Below, in pieces: positions 48,998 to 59,199 of a DNA stretch of 64,000 nucleotides. Below the pieces are notes generated by a model that saw only the letters and a program-made list of their open reading frames with translations, ran no database searches and was not told the DNA's origin. The DNA is from Candidatus Latescibacterota bacterium (lineage in GTDB: Bacteria > Latescibacterota > UBA2968 > GCA-2709665): NCBI GenBank assembly GCA_965226795.1, contig CBDDDZ010000002.1:320001-384000 (forward strand), read 5' to 3'. Every line of letters starts with the position of its first letter. Position 1 is the first letter of the stretch. A program made the translations under genes and the position numbers.

Positions 48998-50932
48998 ATG
49001 TCGTCGTCAATTAAACCCGAGCAAACGTACGATCTGATCGGCGTATCGGATGTGCATATCGCGGCGGACGGTTCAGCCCTGGTTTTCGTGCGGCAGGAGA
49101 TCGACAGAGAGACGATGAAGCGGGAGTCGCGGATCGTAATGCAGTCGCTTGAGGGCGGTACACCCTTCGATGTGACGGAAGGACCGGGGGATGGGGCGCT
49201 TCGACTCTCAGCAGACGGGAAGACCCTGGCTTTTTTGCGTTCGGGGGAGGATGACAAAAGGCAGGTCTGGGTGACGCAGGTTGATGGAGGGGACACGAGA
49301 CAGGTGACGACGCTTCCCGATGGGGTGAAGGATATGGCGTGGTCGCCCGATGGTTCGGAATTTGTCGTTGTGTCGCGAGTGGATCCGGATCGCACGCCGG
49401 AAGACCACGATGAGGAGACGATGCCGAGGACGCGCGTCGCCCGTCGCGTGCGATACCGTGATGATGGAGACGGCTGGCGGGGTGACGCGTTTTCGCAGTT
49501 GTTTCTGGTGGATGCCATGACCGGCCGGGCCGAACAGATTACCGACGGGGAGGGCAATCACGAGGCGCCGGCGTGGTCTCCGGACGGAAGCCGAATTGCA
49601 TTTGTGGCCGACAGCGTTCAGGGCCGCGATTTCGTGCGGGGTTCAGAGGTCCATGTGATGGAAAAGGCGGGAGGGACGTCGCGTTGCTGGTCGCGGGGAC
49701 TGAGCCGTGCGGAGTCCGTGGCGTGGTCTCTGGATGAAAAACGGCTGGCGGCTGCGGGTTCTCACCACGCGGACGTGTGGGATTCAAGGCAATCGTGGCT
49801 GTTTGTGCTCGAGGAGGCCGGCAAGCCGGTGTGCGTGGCGGGTGATGTGTATACTGTTGTGCAACCTCTTGCGCCGCGGTGCTGGACGCCGAAGGGCGGG
49901 ATATTGTTTATCGGTGATAGAGCGGGTGAGTCGTTCTTGTGCCGGGTGAATCTCGATGGGTCTGCGCCACGGATCGAAGTTGTGGATGGAGGCGGTCAGG
50001 AACTTACGGGTCTGTCGGTTGATCGCACCGGTGCCCGCGTCGCCATGTCGATGTCCTCCCCATCCTGTCCGTGCGACGTGGCGGTGCTGGAGGTGGGCGC
50101 GAAGCGCCAGCGCGTCGTGACGGCCGTGAACGCGGGGTTATTGGAGGCTTATCCCGGTGCGCGCGTGGAGAAGCTGATGTTCGAGCGGGGCGGCCAGAAG
50201 ATTCAGGCGCGCGTGCTGTTTCCACGGGATTTCGATGGTGCGAAGTCATATCCGTTGGTGCTGGATATTCACGGGGGACCGAACGGGCGTTTTTCGGATT
50301 CGTACGATGTCACGCATCAGATCCTGGCGGGTGCGGGGTATATCGTGCTGGCTGTGAATCCAAGGGGGTCGTCGTCATACGGGCCGGATTTTCTGAAGGC
50401 GGTGCTGGGGGATTGGGGCGGGGAGGATTTCCTGGATCTGATGGCGGGCGTTGACGTGCTGTGCGAACGGCCCTACGTGGATTCGGACAGGTTGGGGGTT
50501 CACGGATACAGTTACGGCGGTTTTATGAGTAGTTGGATCGTCGGTCACGACCATCGTTTCAAGGCGGCGGTGATCGGTGCTCCGTGCATCAATTTGTACA
50601 GCATGTACGGGACGTCGGATATCGGGGTGTCGTTCGGAGAGAATCAGTGGGGAGGTTCGGTCCTTGAGAACGTGGAAGCGCTTGTGAAACGATCGCCGCT
50701 GACGTATGCATCGGAGGTCCGTGCGCCGGTGTTGCTGATGCACGGCGAGGAGGACTACCGATGTCCAATTGAGCAGGCCGAGCAGTTTTTTGTCGCGCTG
50801 AAGCGACAGGGAAAGACCGTGGAGTTTGTGCGATTTCCGAAGTCGTCCCACGGGTTCAGGAGGAGTGGACATCCGGCGCTGCACGTGGAATATCTCGACA
50901 GGATGTTGTCGTGGTTGGAGAAGTACGTGTGA
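48998..50932 (+). CDS. S9 family peptidase (acylaminoacyl peptidase-like)
   Basis: WSPDG propeller repeats, IHGGP, GYSYGG, HGEEDYRCP, SHG. Confidence 0.94.
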   Translation: MSSSIKPEQTYDLIGVSDVHIAADGSALVFVRQEIDRETMKRESRIVMQSLEGGTPFDVTEGPGDGALRLSADGKTLAFLRSGEDDKRQVWVTQVDGGDTRQVTTLPDGVKDMAWSPDGSEFVVVSRVDPDRTPEDHDEETMPRTRVARRVRYRDDGDGWRGDAFSQLFLVDAMTGRAEQITDGEGNHEAPAWSPDGSRIAFVADSVQGRDFVRGSEVHVMEKAGGTSRCWSRGLSRAESVAWSLDEKRLAAAGSHHADVWDSRQSWLFVLEEAGKPVCVAGDVYTVVQPLAPRCWTPKGGILFIGDRAGESFLCRVNLDGSAPRIEVVDGGGQELTGLSVDRTGARVAMSMSSPSCPCDVAVLEVGAKRQRVVTAVNAGLLEAYPGARVEKLMFERGGQKIQARVLFPRDFDGAKSYPLVLDIHGGPNGRFSDSYDVTHQILAGAGYIVLAVNPRGSSSYGPDFLKAVLGDWGGEDFLDLMAGVDVLCERPYVDSDRLGVHGYSYGGFMSSWIVGHDHRFKAAVIGAPCINLYSMYGTSDIGVSFGENQWGGSVLENVEALVKRSPLTYASEVRAPVLLMHGEEDYRCPIEQAEQFFVALKRQGKTVEFVRFPKSSHGFRRSGHPALHVEYLDRMLSWLEKYV

Positions 50933-50949
50933 ATGCCGGATCGCTGGTC

Positions 50950-51813
50950 TTATTTCAGTGCATGTGCCATCGCGAAAGCAACGCCATAAGGGCGATACCG
51001 GCAATAATCAATGCAAACTTCGCCACGCGGTCGCTGTCTTTCTCGGGCAATGGGCACGTCGTCGTCCCCGGCCAGGGCGCTCAGTACGTATTTCGCCAGC
51101 CGCATTTCGCGCGTTGACATCTCCGAATCGATAATTTCAACGGTTGCCACGTAGATAAAGGTCCCGGCGGCAAGTGCGTTGAAGCTTCCCGCGATGAGGG
51201 CCGTAGTTTTCTCGTTTCCGGCCAGGGCAACCGCGGACAACAAGCCGATCAGAACGCCAAACGGCGTCATGGAAACGAAGATCGCCAGCATGGATTTCTG
51301 TTGTCGCGCCCGGACGCCGGCCTTATGGACGCTGACCATAAGCGCAAAAGCGGCCGATCCCTTGTGGGAGAGGATCCCAAGCAAAATGACGAACGAGCCC
51401 ACCATGTGGGACTCCAGTCCCAGAGAAATACCGGCAATCACCGAGTGGACTGAAAGTAACGCGAGCAGCACGAACGGGTAGAAGGATTGGTGCATCTGCA
51501 GTTTGTCCGGTGTCTCGCCTGAATGGTGATCGCCGTAAATGACGCGATCGATCAGCAAGAGGGCGCCGAGGCCCAGCGTCGCCAGCAGCGCGGCCAACGG
51601 GTAATCCACGACCCCCTCCAGTTTTTCCATTCCTTCGGGCAACAGGTGGATGAAACCGACCCCAAGGAAGAGTCCACCGGCAAAGGCATTGCCCAGTGAA
51701 AAGAACCGCCGGCTGAATTCGTGGCGTGCGGCCAGGAGGGGTATTGCGCCACCGATCACGCCGACGGCCAGGATTGCAACGGCGGCAAGCAATTTAAACG
51801 TTAAAAGCGGCAT
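50950..51813 (-). pseudogene. ZIP family metal transporter with a frameshift before the last TM helix
   Basis: FAGGLFLG..IHLLPE, HSVIAG, HKGSAAF; hydrophobic TM8 (VAKFALIIAGIALMALL) lies in another frame after 51050. Confidence 0.8.
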
Positions 51814-52077
51814 GGGTTCAAGATCCGAAGGCTAAAAATTGTGTGAACGACCCTGAGTTACCTGGACAGACACCGCCCTGGAACGTGCAACTCACAAATG
51901 AATCAGTTTCGATTGCCCCAATATAGGATTTTTCTCACGCGGAAACCAACCATTTTTGGCTTTCGGACCAACTCGCGCCATTGGATTTGCGCGATTTGGC
52001 GCGGGTTGCCCGCCGGGCGCTATGTGGATTGGGGAATCAGCAATTATCGACTGATCACACGAAATTGAGGAGAATCA

Positions 52078-52422
52078 ATGACCATTAAGCGATATCCGGG
52101 CAAAGCCTTCGGCCGCAGCGAATCCGTCGAACACAACGGCATCGTGTATACAGCTGTCATCGCGCCGGACCTGTCGGCAGACTTCAGGGATCAGACCCGG
52201 CAGGCTCTGGAACAACTCGACGCCAATCTCGCGGGGGCCGGCACCGGCAGAACGCGGCTCCTTTCCGCTACGGTGTATATCACGGATATGTCCAGGAAAC
52301 CCATCCTCAACGAGGTCTGGGACGCCTGGATCGGGTCGGATTACTGGCCCCAGCGCGCCTGCGTGGAGGTCAAACTGGAGGGTGACACGCTCGTAGAGAT
52401 CGTCGCGATCGCCGCGAAATAG
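52078..52422 (+). CDS. RidA/YoaB family protein
   Basis: QTRQAL, NEVWDAW, PQRACV, LVEIVAIAA. Confidence 0.92.
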   Translation: MTIKRYPGKAFGRSESVEHNGIVYTAVIAPDLSADFRDQTRQALEQLDANLAGAGTGRTRLLSATVYITDMSRKPILNEVWDAWIGSDYWPQRACVEVKLEGDTLVEIVAIAAK

Positions 52423-52445
52423 GTGGCATATATGGAATACGAAAA

Positions 52446-53270
52446 ATGAGTGAAAGCAAGGTCGTTGAAAGAACCGAAACGCCTGCGACGATTGAATCGT
52501 TGCAGAAGGATCTACGAGCGCTTGGCGTCAGACCGGGAATGGTCGTGTTGGCGCATTCATCCTTGAGCGCGATGGGATGGGTGTGCGGAGGAGCCGTAGC
52601 GGTTGTTACTGCTCTTCCGAGAGTCGTGGGATCTACCGGAACGCTCGTGATGCCCGCGCACTCATCCGGATTAAGCGAGCCGAGCAAGTGGGAAAATCCT
52701 CCTGTGCCGGAGTCGTGGTGGCCGGTCATTCGCGAGAACATGCCGGCTTATCATCCAGCGCTTACGCCCACTCATTCTATGGGCATTATCGCGGAGACAT
52801 TCCTTAAGCAGAGAGGGGTTCTACGCAGTTCGCACCCGCAGACCTCGTTTTGTGCGTACGGCCCTCAAGCATCGCAAATCGTGAATGATCATTCACTGGC
52901 TTTCGGCCTGGGCGAGCATTCGCCGCTTGCGAGAATCTACGATTTGCGCGGTTTTGTCCTTCTACTCGGTGTGAGTCATGGTGTGAATACTTCCATGCAT
53001 CTTGCGGAATACCGGGCGAATTTTCCATCCAGGCGCGTTGTGCGGGAGGGCGCTCCGATCTCTGCGTCGGGTTTAAGGGCATGGACTGTCTTTGAAGAAG
53101 TCGAACCGGATAGTTCGGATTTCGATCGCATAGGTGAGGATTTTCTGAGGTCGGACACGGGGAACGTGGTGTGTCAGGGCAAGGTTGGCCTCGCGAGTTG
53201 CCAACTTATACCGCAGCGCGATGTTGTGGATTTCGCAGTCGACTGGCTGGAGGAGAATAGACAGAAATGA
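52446..53270 (+). CDS. AAC(3)/YokD family N-acetyltransferase
   Basis: HSSLSAMGWVCGG, GTLVMP, MGIIAE, RSSHPQTSF, NTSMHLAE. Confidence 0.92.
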   Translation: MSESKVVERTETPATIESLQKDLRALGVRPGMVVLAHSSLSAMGWVCGGAVAVVTALPRVVGSTGTLVMPAHSSGLSEPSKWENPPVPESWWPVIRENMPAYHPALTPTHSMGIIAETFLKQRGVLRSSHPQTSFCAYGPQASQIVNDHSLAFGLGEHSPLARIYDLRGFVLLLGVSHGVNTSMHLAEYRANFPSRRVVREGAPISASGLRAWTVFEEVEPDSSDFDRIGEDFLRSDTGNVVCQGKVGLASCQLIPQRDVVDFAVDWLEENRQK

Positions 53271-53320
53271 TGAAACCGCCCGTCTGATTCCCTTTGCGCT
53301 TAATTCCAGAAATCCGTAAC

Positions 53321-53350
53321 TTGATTTTATACGGCAATGCCGTATATTAT
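53321..53350 (+). promoter_or_regulatory. TA promoter with palindromic operator
   Basis: TTGATT..TATATT overlapping the perfect inverted repeat TATACGGCA-A-TGCCGTATA (53328-53346). Confidence 0.72.
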
Positions 53351-53355
53351 TCTTT

Positions 53356-53670
53356 ATGTATAGCTTTATTGAGACAAGGCTTTTTACACGACTTGTGCAG
53401 AGATACCTTTCCGATCAAGAGTATTCCGAATTGCAATTGACTCTTATCGCGGACCCAGACGCTGGCGATGTCATTCCTGGCTCTGGTGGCGTTCGAAAGC
53501 TCCGGTGGCGACTGCGAGGACGGGGAAAACGTGGCGGGTACCGACTCGTCTATTTTGTAAAGCGAACATCCCGCGTTTTCTGGATGCTCACGATATATCC
53601 CAAAAATGTATTGGACAACATCAACGCCGATGTCCTGCGACAGATGCGCAAGGAGGTACAGGATGAATAA
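53356..53670 (+). CDS. HigB2/RelE-like toxin
   Basis: FIETRLF, GDVIPGSGGVRKLRW, GKRGGYRLVY, IYPKN. Confidence 0.92.
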   Translation: MYSFIETRLFTRLVQRYLSDQEYSELQLTLIADPDAGDVIPGSGGVRKLRWRLRGRGKRGGYRLVYFVKRTSRVFWMLTIYPKNVLDNINADVLRQMRKEVQDE

Positions 53671-53935
53671 GGTCGAACGAGACGTGGGCAGCGAGATTCT
53701 CGAAGGGCTTCGAGAACTCAAACGAGGCGAGCATGGTCGCGTGATCAATGTGCCGGATATCATTCAAATTCGAAAGCAAGCCGGCCTGTCCCAGGTTCAG
53801 TTCGCCGAATTGCTGGGCGTATCGGTTCGAACACTGCAGGATTGGGAACAGGCGCGTCGTCGTCCATCGGGGGCTGCACGTACGTTGCTGATGATCGCGG
53901 CCAGGAATCTTCAGGCGGTATTAGACGTGGCGTAA
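53663..53935 (+). CDS. HigA2-like HTH antitoxin
   Basis: LSQVQFAELLGVSVRTLQDWEQ.RR.PSGAARTLL; overlaps the toxin stop. Confidence 0.92.
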   Translation: MNKVERDVGSEILEGLRELKRGEHGRVINVPDIIQIRKQAGLSQVQFAELLGVSVRTLQDWEQARRRPSGAARTLLMIAARNLQAVLDVA

Positions 53936-54172
53936 GGAGACGTGGCCTCGAAGAAGACGCCCGGATGGGTCGCATCGCGAATTTCGCCGCTCGAACAGAC
54001 GCGCATGAGGCCATAACGGGACAGCGATTGCCGCTGCACCCTCCATACGTATCCGGGCAACCCTCGCAGGGTGATGCGCTGAGGGTTGCCCGGTTGTATT
54101 TGGCGTATCGATGGATGGATTATTGGTTAAGCGAGAACTGGCCGGAGTGGCGGGCCTAAGAGAAGGAAGGCG

Positions 54173-54991
54173 CTATTCGATCACCACCAGCACGGCCTCT
54201 CCCTTCAAGAGTTCGCTGACCAAGGTGATTTGGGTGCCGGCCGCGCTCAGGCTTACCGTATAGTCCGTTCCTTTTTTCAGCTTGCCGGAACGGCCGATCA
54301 ACTCCTTCAGCTTCTTTCCCGGTTCCAAGGTCAGACTCCCGCCGATGGCGAGGACATTGACCGTGTAAGCGTCGTGTCCGGGTTTCTGGACCAGCTTGTA
54401 CCCTTTGCGGAAGAAGCGACGGTCCGTCTCCAGGAATCCGTCTGCCTTGAGACCATCCTCCGTGCCCACTACCACGCGCACCGCGTTCTTGGCCTGGTCG
54501 AGTTTCTCTTGTGTTCTTTCGATATCCTTGTTGGCCGAATCCAAATTCTGCGTCAACTTCATGGTGACGTCTCTCTGTTCGCGCAGGGCGACGGTGAGGC
54601 TGTCCGACTCGGTGATAAGCCGGTCGATTTTTGCCGAGTCGGCCTCCTTCTCCTCCTGTAGCTGGCTGATCGCTGTCTGCAGATCCTCGTTCTTGCGCCG
54701 GCGCTGCTCGGCAATAGCGCGGTATTTCTTTACTTCCTTCTGGAGTTGCTGGTTTTTCTCCTGCAAGAGCATCTCGAACTTGGTGAGGCTGTCGAGCTGA
54801 GTCTTCAGAGTAACGAGTTCGGCCTGGGAACTGCCTACCTCGTCTTCGAGCGAGTCGATGCTGGCTTCTTTCTGCGCAATTACCCGTTTCTGCTTCTCTA
54901 CCTCGCTTTCTCCGCAGGCGGAAAGTCCGATACAGAGGAGCAGGGCCAGGGTCAATCCCGAAAAAATCCTGTTAATACCATCATCTCCCAT
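54173..54991 (-). CDS. Coiled-coil lipoprotein, hypothetical
   Basis: Hydrophobic signal with LSAC lipobox, long heptad-rich region, small beta-rich C-domain. Confidence 0.78.
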   Translation of the reverse strand: MGDDGINRIFSGLTLALLLCIGLSACGESEVEKQKRVIAQKEASIDSLEDEVGSSQAELVTLKTQLDSLTKFEMLLQEKNQQLQKEVKKYRAIAEQRRRKNEDLQTAISQLQEEKEADSAKIDRLITESDSLTVALREQRDVTMKLTQNLDSANKDIERTQEKLDQAKNAVRVVVGTEDGLKADGFLETDRRFFRKGYKLVQKPGHDAYTVNVLAIGGSLTLEPGKKLKELIGRSGKLKKGTDYTVSLSAAGTQITLVSELLKGEAVLVVIE

Positions 54992-55726
54992 GTTGGAAGT
55001 TGAGATTCCGGCCCCTTTTACAGGAAAGGAACCGTCTTATTTGATTGGGGTGAGCTGCTTCGAGCGGCGGTGAGATGTCTGCCAAAAAAGAGGTCAATGC
55101 CACCGGCGACACAGGGCCGCCAGGTTGCGCCAAAGGCAGCTGGTTTTCCCCACGGTATACGCTGAATTCAGTTCAGGTACCGGACCGTGGCGTGAAGTGT
55201 CGTTTTCGCGTGACGCGGGCGGGCGAAAGATTGCGGTGGCAACAATGTTGTTTCCCCGGTCGTGCCCATCATGGCTGGAATATGGGACTCCCGCCGCAAA
55301 AAGTCAAGGCATTCCCATTTAAACCCGGTCCATAAGGACACGACGTCTATCGAACTCGGCCTTGCGGTACGGGCGAGATCAAGGCAAGAGCGAATGCCTA
55401 TATTCCAACCTGGCGCGGCTACTCTATGCTCAGCCCTGCCTGCGCCGTGCCCGGCACGGCAGGCAGCCGCAACCGAAACTGCAAGTCTCTATAACGCGCC
55501 GACGAATCATCCGCGAAATGCGTCCGTCACACGTGCGCTCAGACTCTGAGGAAGCCATCAGGCTGACGAAGCATCTCCGGCTCGCGTCGGATGATGCCCG
55601 GGCGTCTGTCACTGGGTCCGTCCTGCCAGGCAGCACATCCACCCCCTGGACTGTGATTGAGTATGATTATCGTGATGAACTGTGATTAAACCGCATGAAG
55701 AGACTGTAATTGATGTGATTTCGGGA

Positions 55727-56211
55727 TTGACCTGGAAGGACCGGAAAAACGTCGCCGCCGACCTTAAGCCGATTTACCAGGCCTGCCTGCCGAGTACAGC
55801 ACGGCGCAGGCAGGCCGCCACCGCCGAAGAAGCAGAGACGAACCTGAGCGCCTTCGAAGCGACCTGGGATGAACACTATCCCTCCATCTCAAAATCGTGG
55901 CGCAATCACTGGGAGCATATCATCCCGTTTCTTGCCTATCCCAACGACATCCGCAAAGTCATCTACACCACCAATGCCATTGAGTCTGTGAACCGGTCGT
56001 TGCGCAAGATCACCAAAAATAGGGGCGCGTTCCCTTCCGATGAAGCCGCCATCAAGCTCCTGTTTCTGGCCCATCGCAACATCAGCAAACGCTGGACCAA
56101 ACCCGTAACCAACTGGAAAGCCGCACTGAATCGCTTCGCCATCATGTTCGACGATCGCGTCTCTTTTCATTGATCCACCAACGCCACTTATACAATATTC
56201 TTGACACCCCC
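55727..56211 (+). mobile_element. IS256 family remnant (transposase C-terminus and right end)
   Basis: WKDRK.VAADLKPIY, IRKVIYTTNAIES, FPSDEA..KL; end CACTTATACAATATTCTTGACACCCC. Confidence 0.9.
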
Positions 56212-56299
56212 GAATGACAGGTTGGCCGATCATCAGGCCTGTGAGGTCCCTTCAACGATCCCCGGCGCGGCAGGCGTGCCGTAAATGCCACGCCCTACT

Positions 56300-56532
56300 C
56301 TTGACCCCTTATTATTACCACGAATCCCTGAACACGCAACATGAACAAACATGTACGCATCTTGCGCAGAAGTCTTACTGTAAGACACTGTCTTCCCATA
56401 TCGGCCCCAACCGACGACCAGGACGCATTCCGAAGGCGTGGTGGATCAACCGACCGAACAACACCATTGAACATTGACGCCTACGTTGGTAAATTCCCAC
56501 GATAGATGTCTCATCTCGATTAAACAAATCCG
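56300..56532 (+). mobile_element. Possible IS3/IS481-like right-end relic
   Basis: PKAWWINRP resembles the AVWINxP transposase tail; followed by TGTCTCA...TTAAACAAATCCG. Confidence 0.35.
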
Positions 56533-56573
56533 TTGTGTATCCTGTCGTTGTGAATTCAAGAGGACCCGTCGGT

Positions 56574-57092
56574 ATGATTCTATCGGGAAAGATGATCCAA
56601 GAGCGAATGGGAAAGGACATCGTTATCGAGCCATTCGATCGGGCCAGGCTCAATCCAAACAGCTACAATCTTTCACTGGCCGATGAACTCGTCGTGTACG
56701 AGGATGGCGTTCTGGATATGAAAAAGAAGAATCGTACGCGGTCCATTCGGATACCGGATGACGGAATTGAGATGCAACCCCAAACGCTCTATCTCGGAAG
56801 AACTGCGAAATTTACCAGAACGGACAACTATGTCCCGATGCTCGAAGGGCGGTCGTCGGTGGGGAGATTGGGGCTGTTTGTACACGTCACCGCGGGTTTT
56901 GGCGACGTGGGGTTCGCCGGCTACTGGACGCTGGAGATGTTCTGCATTCAGCCCGTCCGGATCTATCCGAACGTGGAAATCTGCCAGATATACTACCATA
57001 CTCTGGAAGGGGATTTCGAGACCTATAAGAGTGCAAAATACCAGAACAACAAGGGCATTCAACCCAGTCGCATGTATCTGGACTTTATTTAA
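56574..57092 (+). CDS. dcd: dCTP deaminase (trimeric dUTPase-like fold)
   Basis: LNPNSYNLSL, EGRSSVGRLG, TAGFGDVGF.G.WTLE, ICQI, KYQ. Confidence 0.92.
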   Translation: MILSGKMIQERMGKDIVIEPFDRARLNPNSYNLSLADELVVYEDGVLDMKKKNRTRSIRIPDDGIEMQPQTLYLGRTAKFTRTDNYVPMLEGRSSVGRLGLFVHVTAGFGDVGFAGYWTLEMFCIQPVRIYPNVEICQIYYHTLEGDFETYKSAKYQNNKGIQPSRMYLDFI

Positions 57093-57179
57093 CGTATTTG
57101 CAAAAGGCAATCGCGTCGAGATGTGCGTTCACGGGCCGGCCGAATAGCTGGGGTTTGTTAGATATTCGAAGGAAGGAGG

Positions 57180-57623
57180 TTGATCGTGTTCACAATCGGT
57201 GCCTTCGGCATCATCACCGATGACAATGACCGCATCCTGCTGTGTCACCGGCGCGACTTCGATCTGTGGAATCTGCCGGGTGGCGGCGTTGAGGCAGGCG
57301 AGAGTCCGTGGGATGCTCTGGTGAGGGAAATTAAGGAGGAAACGGGTTTGACAGCGGCGCCCGTACATCTCAGCGGCGTTTACAGCAAACCGGATAAGGA
57401 TGAGGTTGTATTTTCGTTCTTCTGTCGGGCAACGGGAGGCGCGATCCGGCTAACCGACGAGGCGGACCGGATCGAGTACTTTCACCAGGACCGCATACCG
57501 AGGAACACGTCTCCGAAGCAGGTCGAGCGCATTGATGACTACTTTTCCGACAGGACAGCAACACATTACAAGGTACAAACCGGTCGTTCTGTTATCGAAC
57601 TGATCAGCGAAGGAAAGATGTGA
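57180..57623 (+). CDS. NUDIX hydrolase
   Basis: PGGGVEAGESPWDALVREIKEETG; AGGAGG RBS (start TTG 57180 or GTG 57186). Confidence 0.92.
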   Translation: MIVFTIGAFGIITDDNDRILLCHRRDFDLWNLPGGGVEAGESPWDALVREIKEETGLTAAPVHLSGVYSKPDKDEVVFSFFCRATGGAIRLTDEADRIEYFHQDRIPRNTSPKQVERIDDYFSDRTATHYKVQTGRSVIELISEGKM

Positions 57624-57683
57624 TCAAGACGCCCATTGTCCAACGCCGCGTCAATGCGGCGCGCTTCACCGGTCGACGATGAA

Positions 57684-58292
57684 ATGTCAGACATTCTGAT
57701 AATCGGAGTTGCAATCCTCTTGAGAGACAAGAATGGCTTTCTCTTTGAACTCCAGAAGCCGGCGAAATGGAAGCGTAGGCGAGGTGGGGTCCTGGAGATT
57801 GGCATGAGTTGCATCGGCGGCACGGTGGAGGAAGGTGAGTCGCTTGAGGGCGCACTGCAGAGGGAGGCGATGGAAGAAATCGGTTGCAGGGTCGCGTTCG
57901 ATGGATCGGCGCATCCCTTTGCGATGGACGCGGCCGGCGGCGTATCTCCGCTTCCGGCGCGGTGCGTGCCGGACGGCGTGCAATTTCTGTGGGAAGGAAA
58001 CGACCCGGGATTTGTCCCGGGTGCAAAGGTGGCGGTGTACGCCGGCCATACGGTCGGCCGCACAGAGCCGGGCGATCTCTCGGCCATCTTGACGCTGGAG
58101 CCGGATCTTTTCTATGAACTCGCCACACAGTCTCACACCACTGAGAGCCTGGAGCAGCGAGGTGGCATTCTTCAGGAACGGCTGCGAATCCCGCGTTCCG
58201 CTCGCCTGAAGCCGGTGGGAACGGCCGCCAGGCTACTGGAATTGCGGAGACTGCATCCTGAGTTGCTGCAGCACGTTTTGGGTGAATCCTGA
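57684..58292 (+). CDS. NUDIX domain protein
   Basis: GGTVEEGESLEGALQREAMEEIG. Confidence 0.8.
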   Translation: MSDILIIGVAILLRDKNGFLFELQKPAKWKRRRGGVLEIGMSCIGGTVEEGESLEGALQREAMEEIGCRVAFDGSAHPFAMDAAGGVSPLPARCVPDGVQFLWEGNDPGFVPGAKVAVYAGHTVGRTEPGDLSAILTLEPDLFYELATQSHTTESLEQRGGILQERLRIPRSARLKPVGTAARLLELRRLHPELLQHVLGES

Positions 58293-58299
58293 TCCCCCT

Positions 58300-58430
58300 G
58301 GCGATCATATCGTTTGCTCGACAAACGGGTTCTTTATATAGATTGCCGATCTCTTGGGTGTATTCTCCCAGGTTGCGCGACTCCTGAAGCCGGGAGGGGC
58401 ATACATCTTCGACGACATTCACCCATTCAA
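58300..58430 (+). pseudogene. Class I SAM methyltransferase internal remnant
   Basis: IVCSTNGFFI*IADLLGVFSQVARLLKPGGAYIFDDIHPF, with an internal TAG. Confidence 0.7.
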
Positions 58431-58533
58431 GCGTCGGATCCCCCATCCCGCGTCGGGGCCAGCTGGAAATGCCACAAGGTATTTCAATAAACGCGAGGTA
58501 AATCGCTATTTATCAGAGAAAGGGAGTCATCTT

Positions 58534-59199
58534 ATGCAGCCCCATTTGGCTTTTCTTCACACGACACCGGTGCTAATCGATACCTTCGATCGGTTAATAG
58601 AGGAAGCCGGTTTGGAATTGCCCATCAGACACATTGTGGAAGAGCAATTTTTGACCGAGGCTCGTGATAAGGGAATCACTCAAAACCTGGATGAACGTAT
58701 TGGGGGCCGCATCCGCTCCGCAGTCGAAGAAGGCGCAGCCGTGGTACTCTGCACGTGTTCTACAATTGGAGCAAGTGCGGAAAAAGCAAATGACTCAACA
58801 GATGGCGTCATCGTTCGAGTTGATCGCCCTATGGCTGAGAAAGCGGTCGAATTGGGTTCCCGAATTGTTATTGCCGCCGCACTCAGGAGTACACTCGCTC
58901 CAACCCGTAACCTTATTCTTGAAACCGCACGAACGCGTCAAAAGCGCGTTGAACTTATCGAGGTATTCTGTGAAAATGCCTGGAGTCAATTTGAGGCGGG
59001 AGACCACAATGGATATTTCACTGAAATTGCCCGCAAATTAAAGGAGAATGCGACTGAGGGAGACGTCATTGTGCTGGCGCAAGCCTCTATGGCCGGAGCC
59101 GCGAATTTGTGCCCGGAAGTTTCAGTTCCGATCCTCAGCAGCCCCGAGATAGGTCTGCAGTATGCGGTTAACGTCTGGAAACAACAGGGACGGGTTTAA
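58534..59199 (+). CDS. Asp/Glu/hydantoin racemase family protein
   Basis: AFLHT, LCTCSTIG, RVDRPMA, VLAQASMA, ILSSP; GGGAG RBS. Confidence 0.85.
   Translation: MQPHLAFLHTTPVLIDTFDRLIEEAGLELPIRHIVEEQFLTEARDKGITQNLDERIGGRIRSAVEEGAAVVLCTCSTIGASAEKANDSTDGVIVRVDRPMAEKAVELGSRIVIAAALRSTLAPTRNLILETARTRQKRVELIEVFCENAWSQFEAGDHNGYFTEIARKLKENATEGDVIVLAQASMAGAANLCPEVSVPILSSPEIGLQYAVNVWKQQGRV

Noticed and set aside
52446..53270. AAC(3), SMR and beta-lactamase-like genes as true resistance determinants
   Set aside because: Family motifs only; YokD-like, SMR and serine hydrolase families contain many non-resistance members
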